Source of the DNA: a virus
Strand: one strand, 5' to 3'
IMG/VR virus record: IMGVR_UViG_3300036893_000027
DNA: 45,959 nucleotides
Each line of letters begins with the position of its first letter. Within the stretch, counting starts at the first letter, position 1. The position numbers were made by a program, and so were the translations under genes. Positions 26,623 to 34,913 of the stretch are shown here, piece after piece. A model generated the notes under the pieces. It worked only from the letters and a program-made list of their open reading frames with translations, was not told where the DNA came from and made no database searches.

Positions 26623-27581
26623 GAGTTATTATAGGTAGGTTTCAAATACCAGCTCTTCACGAAGGACATAAGAGACTGTTTGAAACTGTATTCAACAGAC
26701 ATAAGAGAGTAGTTGTTCTGTTGGGAATTCCAGCTTGGTTAGGTGGGACAATAAATCCACTTGACTATCAGACTCGAAAGGCTATGATATTAGAAGATTA
26801 TCCAAATGCTCAAGTTGAATATATCAAAGATTGCCAAACCAACGAAGCGTGGAGTAGGAACGTTGACAATAGACTTGGAGAACTCTACCCGTTCTCAGAG
26901 ATTATATTGTATGGAGGTAGAAAGGGTTTTACAGGGGCGTATTGTGGGAAGTTTCAAACTATTGAAACTCTGGAAGATCCGAAATATCATGAAGAAAACG
27001 CAAGCGAAATGCGTAAACAAGCTTCGGTCTTACCGCTCTCGTCAAAAGATTTTAGGACGGGTGTAATATATGGGGCATTTTCGGTTCCAGAAGGGCCCCA
27101 AATGTGTATTGATGGCGCTGTTCTACGAGAGCTTGACAGCAAGGAACTACAAAAAAAGGTTCAAGTTCTTCTCATCGCTAAAGCTAATGAGAAGATGTGG
27201 CGCTTCCCTGGCGGCAAGCTTGACAATGGGGATGTTGACTTGGAGGCAGCTATACTCAGGGAGGTACGTGAAGAGACAGGACTGGAAGTAAGCAACCCCA
27301 GATATATAGCCAGTGGCCCTGTAAAGGACTGGAGAGCGGACAGAGCAGGCATTCAGCTGTATAGTGCCTTATTTGTCCTTGATTACGTCTACGGGGCTGC
27401 TAAGGCCCAAGACGATGCTGCCTTATCTACCTGGCTGGATTTAGAAGGTCTAACAATAGAAAATATGGAGGAATGCCACCGTCCTTTCCTCTTGGCTTTG
27501 AAGAATTGGTATAATACTTACAAAACAAAGGAGATAGAATGCGAGACAACTTCCTGCTCCAAACAGATAGTTATAAGCTAA
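26595..27581 (+). CDS. bifunctional NMN adenylyltransferase / Nudix hydrolase (NadM-Nudix type)
   Basis: N-terminus GVIIGRFQIPALHEGHKRL (NadM GRFQPxHxGH); C-terminal Nudix box GGKLDNGDVDLEAAILREVREETGLEV. Confidence 0.8.
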   Translation: MALPGHTSVGVIIGRFQIPALHEGHKRLFETVFNRHKRVVVLLGIPAWLGGTINPLDYQTRKAMILEDYPNAQVEYIKDCQTNEAWSRNVDNRLGELYPFSEIILYGGRKGFTGAYCGKFQTIETLEDPKYHEENASEMRKQASVLPLSSKDFRTGVIYGAFSVPEGPQMCIDGAVLRELDSKELQKKVQVLLIAKANEKMWRFPGGKLDNGDVDLEAAILREVREETGLEVSNPRYIASGPVKDWRADRAGIQLYSALFVLDYVYGAAKAQDDAALSTWLDLEGLTIENMEECHRPFLLALKNWYNTYKTKEIECETTSCSKQIVIS

Positions 27582-28957
27582 CTCACTGGAAGCAGTATCC
27601 TAAAGACGCAGAGGTAGTTTATAGTTACCTTATGCCTCGTGGAGCTGTTCAAGGAGAAGCTATTCATCACGTTAATATAGTCAATTCAAGTATGTTGACT
27701 TATTACTTGAGGACTTATTTACAGGGCCAGCTTTTTGATATGGATGATATCATTGAAGCTGAGCAGTTCTGTGATGACCATTTTGGTAAAAAGGGCTACT
27801 TTAACCGAGCTGGATGGGAACACATTCTTAAGGAACATAATGGAAGGATTCCAGTTAAGATAAAAGCTCTTCCTGAAGGAATGATAGTTCCTATTGGTAA
27901 TCCTCTGATGACGGTTGAAAACACAGATGAAAGAGTCCCGTGGATAACAAACTACATAGAATCTTTGCTACTGAAAGTGTGGTATCCTGTTTCCGTCGCT
28001 ACGTTAGCAATGAATATAAGGAAAGTTATATCAGGTTATTTGGAAAAGACAGGGGATGTAGCCCAATTGCCATTCAAGTTGCACGACTTTGGATACCGTG
28101 GCGTATCCTCAGAGGAATCAGCAAAGCTGGGCGGAGCGGCCCACTTGACGGTCTTCCAAGGAAGCGACAATCTTACTGGTATTAGAATGCTAAAGAAGAT
28201 GTATAGAGAAGCAGGTATGCCTGGTTTCTCTGTTCCAGCTTCGGAACATTCTACTATGACCAGCTGGGGAAAAGACCACGAGATTGACGCTTACATCAAT
28301 ATGATGGAAGCTTACCCCACAGGTATCATTTCTATTGTTAGTGATAGCTATGATATCTTCAACGCTTGTGATAAGATTTTTGGAGTTGAGCTGAAAGATA
28401 GAATTCTAAAGAGGGATGGAGTTGTAGTAATTCGTCCTGATTCAGGAGACCCAGCTGAGACAATAGCTTCGGTTCTTACCATTCTTGAGAAGCATTTTGG
28501 AACTACAAAGAATGAAAAGGGCTACAAGGAGCTTCCAGCTCAAGTCAGACTACTTCAAGGAGATGGAGTAAACCTTGCAAGTATTGAACGCATTCTTAGT
28601 ATGATGAGGTGGCGTTCTTTCTCTGCCAATAACATTGTTTTTGGTATGGGTGGGGCTCTTCTCCAGAAGATGGACAGAGATACACTTGGATTTGCTTTCA
28701 AGTGCTCTGCTATCAAGCGAGCTGGAGTTTGGCACGATGTCTTTAAAACAGCCAGTGGAAAGAAGTCTCTTAGGGGACGCTTGGCCGTCATAAAAAATGC
28801 CAAGGGAGAAATTGAAACTATCTCTGGTGATCCTGACTTGGTTCTTGGAGAAGATCTACTTGGAATCAAGTTTATGAACGGAGGTTTGTATGAATTCCCA
28901 ACCCTACAAGGGATAAGAGAGTATACAAAGATCCAGGAACCTGTTCTAATAGGATAG
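27539..28957 (+). CDS. nadV: nicotinamide phosphoribosyltransferase
   Basis: Starts MRDNFLLQTDSYKLTHWKQYP (NAMPT hallmark DSYKxTHxxQYP); length 472 aa. Confidence 0.9.
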   Translation: MRDNFLLQTDSYKLTHWKQYPKDAEVVYSYLMPRGAVQGEAIHHVNIVNSSMLTYYLRTYLQGQLFDMDDIIEAEQFCDDHFGKKGYFNRAGWEHILKEHNGRIPVKIKALPEGMIVPIGNPLMTVENTDERVPWITNYIESLLLKVWYPVSVATLAMNIRKVISGYLEKTGDVAQLPFKLHDFGYRGVSSEESAKLGGAAHLTVFQGSDNLTGIRMLKKMYREAGMPGFSVPASEHSTMTSWGKDHEIDAYINMMEAYPTGIISIVSDSYDIFNACDKIFGVELKDRILKRDGVVVIRPDSGDPAETIASVLTILEKHFGTTKNEKGYKELPAQVRLLQGDGVNLASIERILSMMRWRSFSANNIVFGMGGALLQKMDRDTLGFAFKCSAIKRAGVWHDVFKTASGKKSLRGRLAVIKNAKGEIETISGDPDLVLGEDLLGIKFMNGGLYEFPTLQGIREYTKIQEPVLIG

Positions 28958-28965
28958 GAGAGTAG

Positions 28966-30138
28966 ATGAAACTTTACAATATGTTAGATGTAAATCTACT
29001 CCACAAGTATTGGGTAGAGAGAATTGTATCAAAACAGACTCACCCAGAGCACAAAAACTTAGAGATCTATAACTACACTCATCGTGCTCAACACGAGAAC
29101 ATATGGGACAATATAACGGAACAATGTAGAGGATTAATAGTAGATTCCAATACGGGCGATGTATTAGCTCGTCCTTTTCGTAAGTTCTTTAATCTCAACA
29201 CTTCTTTCAAACCTGAGACTATGGAAGAGAACTTACCATATAAAAAGCCAGATTGTATACTTGAGAAGATGGATGGTTCTCTTGGCATTTTATATCCTTA
29301 TAACAATAAGCAATATATTGCAACACGAGGTTCATTTTCTTCTGATCAAGCAAGATGGGCAAATACTTGGTGGGATAGATTAGCATTTTATAACACTGGA
29401 TACCCTGAGTTTCCAAAAGGTTACACTCCATTATTCGAAATCATTTACAAGGAGAATAGAATTGTCGTTGACTACCAGTTCGAAGGTTTGGTCTTACTTG
29501 GACTTGTCCAGATTGAGACTGGTTTTGAGCTACCGTTTACGGAGGTTTGCGAGGTGGCCAGGAGGAACGGACTACAATCACCTAAATCTATTGAAGGGAG
29601 CTTGGAGGAGATCACATCCCGCCAGGAAAGTAATACAGAAGGGTTTGTATTACAGTTTTGGTGCCGCAAAGCCCCCGTCCCTCTACGGCTTAAAGTAAAA
29701 ACCGAGGAGTATAAAAGGCTACATAAAATAATAACTGGCACAAACCCTAAGGGTATATGGGAACACCTGAAAGAAGGTGGGGATCCAGATGCTCTTTGGG
29801 CTAACACTAATAACCAGTTCTTTCACTGGTGCCAGGGTTGGATCAATACTTTTCAAAGGATGTATAAGGAACTTGAAGATGAAACACTCAAAGCATTCGG
29901 TAGAGTTTGTGCCAATGTATCGGAAACACTTTACAGCACACACGGGACACTGGACGCACCGGCTATCAGGGGGGCCCACGCAGTTCTTATTCAACAGGAG
30001 CAAGTTCACTATCAGCCGATACTCTTCGCTATGTTATCAGGTAAGGGATACAAAAAACAAATATGGAAGTCCTTAGAACCTAAAATCCAAGGAAAGGATG
30101 TTTTCCTAAGAAATGGCGACGAATTTAACGGTATTTAA
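28966..30138 (+). CDS. rnlA: RNA ligase 1 (T4 RnlA-like tRNA repair ligase)
   Basis: CRGLIVD..RPFRKFFNLN..ILEKMDGSLGI collinear with T4 Rnl1 CRGIMFE..RPMEKFFNLN..ILTKEDGSLVS (motif I KxDGSL). Confidence 0.85.
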   Translation: MKLYNMLDVNLLHKYWVERIVSKQTHPEHKNLEIYNYTHRAQHENIWDNITEQCRGLIVDSNTGDVLARPFRKFFNLNTSFKPETMEENLPYKKPDCILEKMDGSLGILYPYNNKQYIATRGSFSSDQARWANTWWDRLAFYNTGYPEFPKGYTPLFEIIYKENRIVVDYQFEGLVLLGLVQIETGFELPFTEVCEVARRNGLQSPKSIEGSLEEITSRQESNTEGFVLQFWCRKAPVPLRLKVKTEEYKRLHKIITGTNPKGIWEHLKEGGDPDALWANTNNQFFHWCQGWINTFQRMYKELEDETLKAFGRVCANVSETLYSTHGTLDAPAIRGAHAVLIQQEQVHYQPILFAMLSGKGYKKQIWKSLEPKIQGKDVFLRNGDEFNGI

Positions 30139-30238
30139 ACCTTACAAACAAGCAAGAGATTTATTCTTATTCGGTAAGGTAACAACCTATCTATATATAA
30201 GATCTACTAGATTTTATAGGTGGCGATATAGTATTACA

Positions 30239-30267
30239 CTTGACTATCTCAATCACTTACCTGATAA
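30239..30267 (+). promoter_or_regulatory. sigma70-like promoter TTGACT-N17-GATAAT
   Basis: Consensus -35/-10 spacing, 24 nt upstream of the RBS of the next gene. Confidence 0.4.
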
Positions 30268-30290
30268 TTATATAGAAAAAAGGAGATATA

Positions 30291-30671
30291 ATGAAAGCCA
30301 CGGTAATTGAATATGAAAAACTCTATTACGAGGAGGATTGCCCAGTAGGTATTACTGGACTCTCTACATTTCATGCAACACACCCGATATTTGGACAAGC
30401 CAATCCACCTGTGTACCTCAAAGGAGATATCAGCGAACTTAAAATCGTCAAAGAAACCTTTTGTTGTCCTGATATGGAGAATGCGTACAGGATGGGTACC
30501 GTGGGCTTCGGAGAAAGAAAGAACGAAACTTACAGGAACAAAGTGGCTGAGGTTTTCATTCATATCGAGGGAGGTTCAAAAAACGATATAGCTATTCCTT
30601 TCTGTCTGTGGTGTAAAGCCCCTGTCTTTACACAAGAAAATATGAACTATGTCGAGTATTCAAGACGATAA
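30291..30671 (+). CDS. hypothetical Cys-rich protein
   Basis: RBS AAAAAGGAGATATA-ATG. Confidence 0.6.
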   Translation: MKATVIEYEKLYYEEDCPVGITGLSTFHATHPIFGQANPPVYLKGDISELKIVKETFCCPDMENAYRMGTVGFGERKNETYRNKVAEVFIHIEGGSKNDIAIPFCLWCKAPVFTQENMNYVEYSRR

Positions 30672-31272
30672 GAAATTAGGAAACTGGATAAGAAGATGGA
30701 ATTATATAAGCGAACCTAATATGGAACATTCAACTCATCCAAAGGTAATAAAGACTCCATCTGTGGTATTACTTAATCCTAAGTATCCTCAGAATGTAGC
30801 TTCAGCTATTAGAGCTTGTAGTTGTTTTGGAGTTAGCACTCTTATATGGACTGGGGAGAGGGTTAACTTTTCTAAGCTGGACAGAATTCCCAGGGAAGAG
30901 AGAATGAAAGGATATAGAGATGTATACTGGGAGATCAACGAACGGCCACTTGATCTTTTTCCTGGCTCGATCCCGATTTGCGTCGAGATTACTCCTAACG
31001 CACAAAATCTGGCAACTTTTACTCACCCACCCAACGTGGTGTACATCTTTGGCCCAGAGGACGGCAGCGTTAACCAAGTCTATAGAAGACTATGCCACTC
31101 GTTCGTCTTTATACCTGCGGCACATTGTCTTAACCTCGCTGCGGCGTTAAATGTTGTTCTTTATGACCGCCGAATAAAGAGACAAGCATTGGGTTTAGAA
31201 CCTACGGCTATGAAAGACATTCTTAAAGAAACCAGAGGGCCAATAGACATTCCTGGTTGGAATGGTAGTTAA
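30649..31272 (+). CDS. SPOUT (SpoU/TrmH/TrmL-type) RNA 2'-O-methyltransferase
   Basis: VVLLNPKYPQNVASAIRACSCFGV, YIFGPEDGSV, FIPAAHCLNLAAALNVVLYDR are the three SPOUT motifs; start could alternatively be ATG 30721. Confidence 0.75.
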   Translation: MSSIQDDKKLGNWIRRWNYISEPNMEHSTHPKVIKTPSVVLLNPKYPQNVASAIRACSCFGVSTLIWTGERVNFSKLDRIPREERMKGYRDVYWEINERPLDLFPGSIPICVEITPNAQNLATFTHPPNVVYIFGPEDGSVNQVYRRLCHSFVFIPAAHCLNLAAALNVVLYDRRIKRQALGLEPTAMKDILKETRGPIDIPGWNGS

Positions 31273-31456
31273 TGATAAAAAATAAACGTAGATGGCTAAT
31301 GAGGTTATCATCTACCTTATGTATTTTCCAATGGTATAGAAACTCAAAAATACTATCAGGAGAAAAGCGTACTAAGATATCTGATTGGCTACGTAGGTAT
31401 TACATATGAGACAAGTTAACTACTATTGGTCCAACAAAATATTCAGGGGACATATA

Positions 31457-31579
31457 ATGTTAATGTGGAGAGCTGTATTTAGAAGACAATCAGGAGGTAA
31501 AATACCATCCAAGTACCTCTACCACAAAATATTTGATACTAAGTGTAAAACATACAAAGAAATTTGGAGGAAAGATTAA
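31457..31579 (+). CDS. small basic protein (40 aa)
   Basis: RBS CAGGGGACATATA-ATG; stop abuts the next ATG. Confidence 0.35.
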   Translation: MLMWRAVFRRQSGGKIPSKYLYHKIFDTKCKTYKEIWRKD

Positions 31580-31897
31580 ATGGCCAGAATTAGTGCTACA
31601 AACAATGTAGTTATAACCTGTTACGGGTTTATGACTGCTATATGTGCTGGTATCTTCTTTTGGAAGATTAGTGCTTTCTTTTTTGTGGGTTTTATGTTAG
31701 CATTTATACTTAAACTGGTTAACAGCATAGAAGTCCCAGTCCATAGTCACGGGTTGGAACCAGCTACTAAAAGGAGTAATAATGTCCCAGGAAAATCCAT
31801 TAGCACCAGCTCCAATCCAAGTATTCCGAGACCTACTGAAAGACTTCCCATTGGAAATCCTAATAAAGGTCAAGGAACGAATGCTAATAGTTCATAG
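31580..31897 (+). CDS. membrane protein with Ser/Pro-rich tail
   Basis: RBS GGAGGAAAGATTAA-ATG; two hydrophobic helices. Confidence 0.5.
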   Translation: MARISATNNVVITCYGFMTAICAGIFFWKISAFFFVGFMLAFILKLVNSIEVPVHSHGLEPATKRSNNVPGKSISTSSNPSIPRPTERLPIGNPNKGQGTNANSS

Positions 31898-31979
31898 TGA
31901 ACAACTTGATACAGTTGACGATTTAATCAGCCAGAAGATATTGGAGAAAACCAATGCTGGAGAGAATAAATCAATTTAA
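31782..31979 (+). CDS. hypothetical protein
   Basis: Textbook RBS AAAAGGAGTAATA-ATG; out-of-frame overlap with the previous gene. Confidence 0.5.
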   Translation: MSQENPLAPAPIQVFRDLLKDFPLEILIKVKERMLIVHSEQLDTVDDLISQKILEKTNAGENKSI

Positions 31980-32418
31980 TGATAAGTATGCTTTCTTATC
32001 CAATTTTTATGCATCAGAGGTTCTATATGAAGATCTTGTATATCCAACGGTAGAACACGCTTATCAAGCTGCCAAGACTACTGACATCGAAATAAGAGAG
32101 AATTTTGCTTGGAGGATCCTTACCGCAAAAGAGGCAAAACAAGAAGGTAGAAAGCTTATTATCAGAAAAGATTGGGAATCCATCAAGCTTAAAGTGATGG
32201 AAGAACTGCTAAGAAAGAAGTTCTTAGATCATATGAACTTAAGATTTCTCTTGAAAACAGAAACTGCCTGGTTAGAAGAAGGTAACTACTGGCACGATAA
32301 CTTCTGGGGTAATTGTAGTTGTGTAAAGTGCTCAAACATAGAAGGAAAGAATAACCTTGGTATGCTACTAATGAATATTAGATTTGAATTAAGAAAGTTT
32401 AGGATGATATTTGAATGA
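31954..32418 (+). CDS. NADAR (YbiA/DUF1768) domain protein
   Basis: DKYAFLSNFYASEV..YPTVEHAYQAAK is the NADAR signature (FLSNF..YPTxEHxYQA). Confidence 0.75.
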   Translation: MLERINQFNDKYAFLSNFYASEVLYEDLVYPTVEHAYQAAKTTDIEIRENFAWRILTAKEAKQEGRKLIIRKDWESIKLKVMEELLRKKFLDHMNLRFLLKTETAWLEEGNYWHDNFWGNCSCVKCSNIEGKNNLGMLLMNIRFELRKFRMIFE

Positions 32419-32574
32419 TGAATGCATCAGCTTTTTGGCACAAGCTTGGCACAACATTTAATTTCTTCAGTAGGTATAGACTAAATAGATGGTATTCAGA
32501 AAGTGCAGGTGAGTTGGGAAAAAAATGGGAGCCTAAGATCAGAAAGTTTGGGAAGGCGAAGCGAGGAAAATAAA

Positions 32575-33183
32575 ATGGATTGGTTTACAGCCGACTGGCA
32601 TCTAAATCATAAAAATATCATAAGGTTCTGCAATAGACCTTATACAGACATTGAACAGCATAACGAAGCTTTAATAGCTAATGTAAATGCTGTAGTTAAA
32701 CCTGATGATCGTCTTTTTAATCTTGGGGATGTTACCTTTGGTGGCAACCTTGCTCTTATTAGAGCAAGTATAGTATGTAAGAATGTGTTTGTTATTCTTG
32801 GGAATCACGACAAAGAATCTCAACTAAGAACTCATTTCACCATCTTACCACAATGTTATGAGTATAAGAACAATGGACTTAACTTAGTTCTTTGTCATTA
32901 TGCTATGCGGGTTTGGAACAAATCCCATCACGGAGTTGGACATTTGTATGGACACTCTCATAACACTATGCCATCACTACCTGGGGTGGCTTCTTTTGAT
33001 TGTGGGGTCGACGGGAATAATTATAGACCTTGGTCTGAGGAAGAAGTAAAAACCGAGCTTAAAAGATTAGTCGCTTTAGCACCAGAAGTAAACGGAGAAC
33101 ACCTACATCATGAGTTTAGACATACAGGACGGGAAGAGAATCAAAATACTGGTTCGAAAGAACCTGAAAATGTCGCCAGGTAA
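32575..33183 (+). CDS. calcineurin-like metallophosphoesterase
   Basis: ADWHLNH, LGDVTFGG, ILGNHDKE, LCHYAM, YGHSH give the full MPE motif set; ATG 32575 with RBS GCGAGGAAAATAAA. Confidence 0.75.
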   Translation: MDWFTADWHLNHKNIIRFCNRPYTDIEQHNEALIANVNAVVKPDDRLFNLGDVTFGGNLALIRASIVCKNVFVILGNHDKESQLRTHFTILPQCYEYKNNGLNLVLCHYAMRVWNKSHHGVGHLYGHSHNTMPSLPGVASFDCGVDGNNYRPWSEEEVKTELKRLVALAPEVNGEHLHHEFRHTGREENQNTGSKEPENVAR

Positions 33184-33454
33184 GATAGCAGCCCAAGCAG
33201 TTCACGCTGCCTTAGGACTAAACGAAGCATTGGAGCAAGACTTAGAAGAATGCGATTATCCAGATAGAATAGCTCTTAGTGCCAAACTTTCGGTCGTAGT
33301 CTTAGAGGTAAGTGATGCTAAGTATAAGGCAGCAATACAGCAAGGTGTGGAGAGTGGGCGTACACAATATGCTGTTTTCGACGCTGGGCGCACTGAAGTG
33401 GCGGCGGGTACAGAAACAGTATGTGCTTTCCTTGAAGAACAACCCAAAGTATAA
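33110..33454 (+). CDS. peptidyl-tRNA hydrolase, Pth2 family
   Basis: KILVRKNLKMSPGKIAAQAVHAALG .. AVFDAGRTEV..GTETVCAF matches Pth2 ([25 protein letters not shown]..). Confidence 0.75.
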   Translation: MSLDIQDGKRIKILVRKNLKMSPGKIAAQAVHAALGLNEALEQDLEECDYPDRIALSAKLSVVVLEVSDAKYKAAIQQGVESGRTQYAVFDAGRTEVAAGTETVCAFLEEQPKV

Positions 33455-33582
33455 CAAGAAAAAACCGAAAGAAGTCTTATAGACATCTTATAGGACCACT
33501 CATAGCAAGACCTATATCAACTCTTAGATATAGATCTTATATGAACAAATATAGTATTGGATATCATTGGAGAATAACCAAA

Positions 33583-33665
33583 GGCGGGGTGGTGGAATTG
33601 GCAGACACATCAGACTCAAAATCTGACGGTTAACAGCCATGAGAGTTCGAATCTCTCCTTCGCTA
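33583..33665 (+). tRNA. tRNA-Leu (anticodon CAA), class II with long variable arm; CCA encoded
   Basis: Acceptor GGCGGGG/CTTCGCT (4 WC + 3 G-U), anticodon arm TCAGA-CTCAAAA-TCTGA (CAA at 33617-33619), 14-nt variable arm, T-arm GAGAG-TTCGAAT-CTCTC. Confidence 0.8.
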
Positions 33666-33682
33666 CCAATTTTAGGAGGTTT

Positions 33683-33967
33683 ATGAAAAAAGCAATAGAA
33701 AAACTACTTGCTTGTGCTAAATCTAAAGATTGGGATATACGAAATGTATCAACTAACAAAAAAGATCTTACAACTGCACATAATAAAAGATGTCAGGAGT
33801 TTGAACAAAAGTGTATAGAATACAATCAAGTTATAAGTGAACATAGAAAAGAATTGGCAGATTATGTAAGAGCAGCTTTAAAATTAGGATGCACTCAGTC
33901 TGACATTAACAGGCATTTAGGAGATTATAGTGCTCACGATATAGCTGAGCTAATTAAGGAGAAGTAA
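33683..33967 (+). CDS. hypothetical protein
   Basis: RBS TTTTAGGAGGTTT-ATG. Confidence 0.6.
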   Translation: MKKAIEKLLACAKSKDWDIRNVSTNKKDLTTAHNKRCQEFEQKCIEYNQVISEHRKELADYVRAALKLGCTQSDINRHLGDYSAHDIAELIKEK

Positions 33968-34296
33968 TGTCGATAGTCAAAGAGACCATTCTTTCAAAGG
34001 TAGAAGTAATAAACAAGAGATTTAGAAACAGGATGCAAAGATTACAAAAGCTTGAAGACGAAAAGAGAAAGAGAATAGGTAAACTTGACAGCAAAATAGA
34101 TGTATTGAGGGATGTTGCTACCCAAGACGAAAAGGATCTTATCGAACTTCTTGGAGCTTGTATAAAACAAGATTGCTCAATGCAAGAAATAAGTGATAGA
34201 ATGCCTGGAGTAGAAGCACACTGCATTTCAGAAATGATAGGAGAATACTATGGATCTAAAGTCGCTGAAACACCTAGTAGTAAAGGACGACCCTGA
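33967..34296 (+). CDS. hypothetical coiled-coil protein
   Basis: RBS AAGGAGAAGTA-ATG, ATGA coupling. Confidence 0.6.
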   Translation: MSIVKETILSKVEVINKRFRNRMQRLQKLEDEKRKRIGKLDSKIDVLRDVATQDEKDLIELLGACIKQDCSMQEISDRMPGVEAHCISEMIGEYYGSKVAETPSSKGRP

Positions 34297-34906
34297 AGTA
34301 GAAGTGAAGAAACCAGTTCAGCCAGTAGCTCACGTGGCTGTCAGTTCACCACCAATTGATAGCAGGATTTATTTTGATCCTGTTGACACTTCTCATCTCA
34401 ATGCTGCACCAGTTTCTAATCCAGCTGGATATCATCCTGTCCAGTCTGAGTGTTATCAAAATCTTCTGAAGAAGACAAACTTTGATTCTACTGAGGCTGG
34501 TAAAACACTACAGAAGTATCTCCATCCTCTTGAAAGTGTGCCGTTGGATCCAGGCACTAAAAACAAGATGGCCTTAGCTCAGGCTCGTGAAATTGAGGGC
34601 TTGACAGCAGACAAGGTTCTTGCTACATTTGATGGGCTTAAAGTGACTCTAAAGCAAGAAGAAGATCATTTTAATGACCTTATGTCTCAGGCTCAGGCCA
34701 AGGAAGTTGATGGTAGACAAGCTCAGATTAACTCTTTGTCAGAAGAGATTAATGCTAAGCAAGCTCAATTGGTTCAATTAAGTACAGATATGGCTTCTAT
34801 GCAGAACAAAATCCAGCAGAAGAAAATGGAGTTTAGTTCGGCAGTTCAGACCAGAGCATCAGAATTAGATCAGCAGAAAGCGCACTATCAAGGAATACTA
34901 CAATAG
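34250..34906 (+). CDS. coiled-coil protein
   Basis: RBS TAGGAGAATACT-ATG; Q/A/E-rich heptads in the C-terminal half. Confidence 0.6.
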   Translation: MDLKSLKHLVVKDDPEVEVKKPVQPVAHVAVSSPPIDSRIYFDPVDTSHLNAAPVSNPAGYHPVQSECYQNLLKKTNFDSTEAGKTLQKYLHPLESVPLDPGTKNKMALAQAREIEGLTADKVLATFDGLKVTLKQEEDHFNDLMSQAQAKEVDGRQAQINSLSEEINAKQAQLVQLSTDMASMQNKIQQKKMEFSSAVQTRASELDQQKAHYQGILQ

Positions 34907-34913
34907 GAGATTT

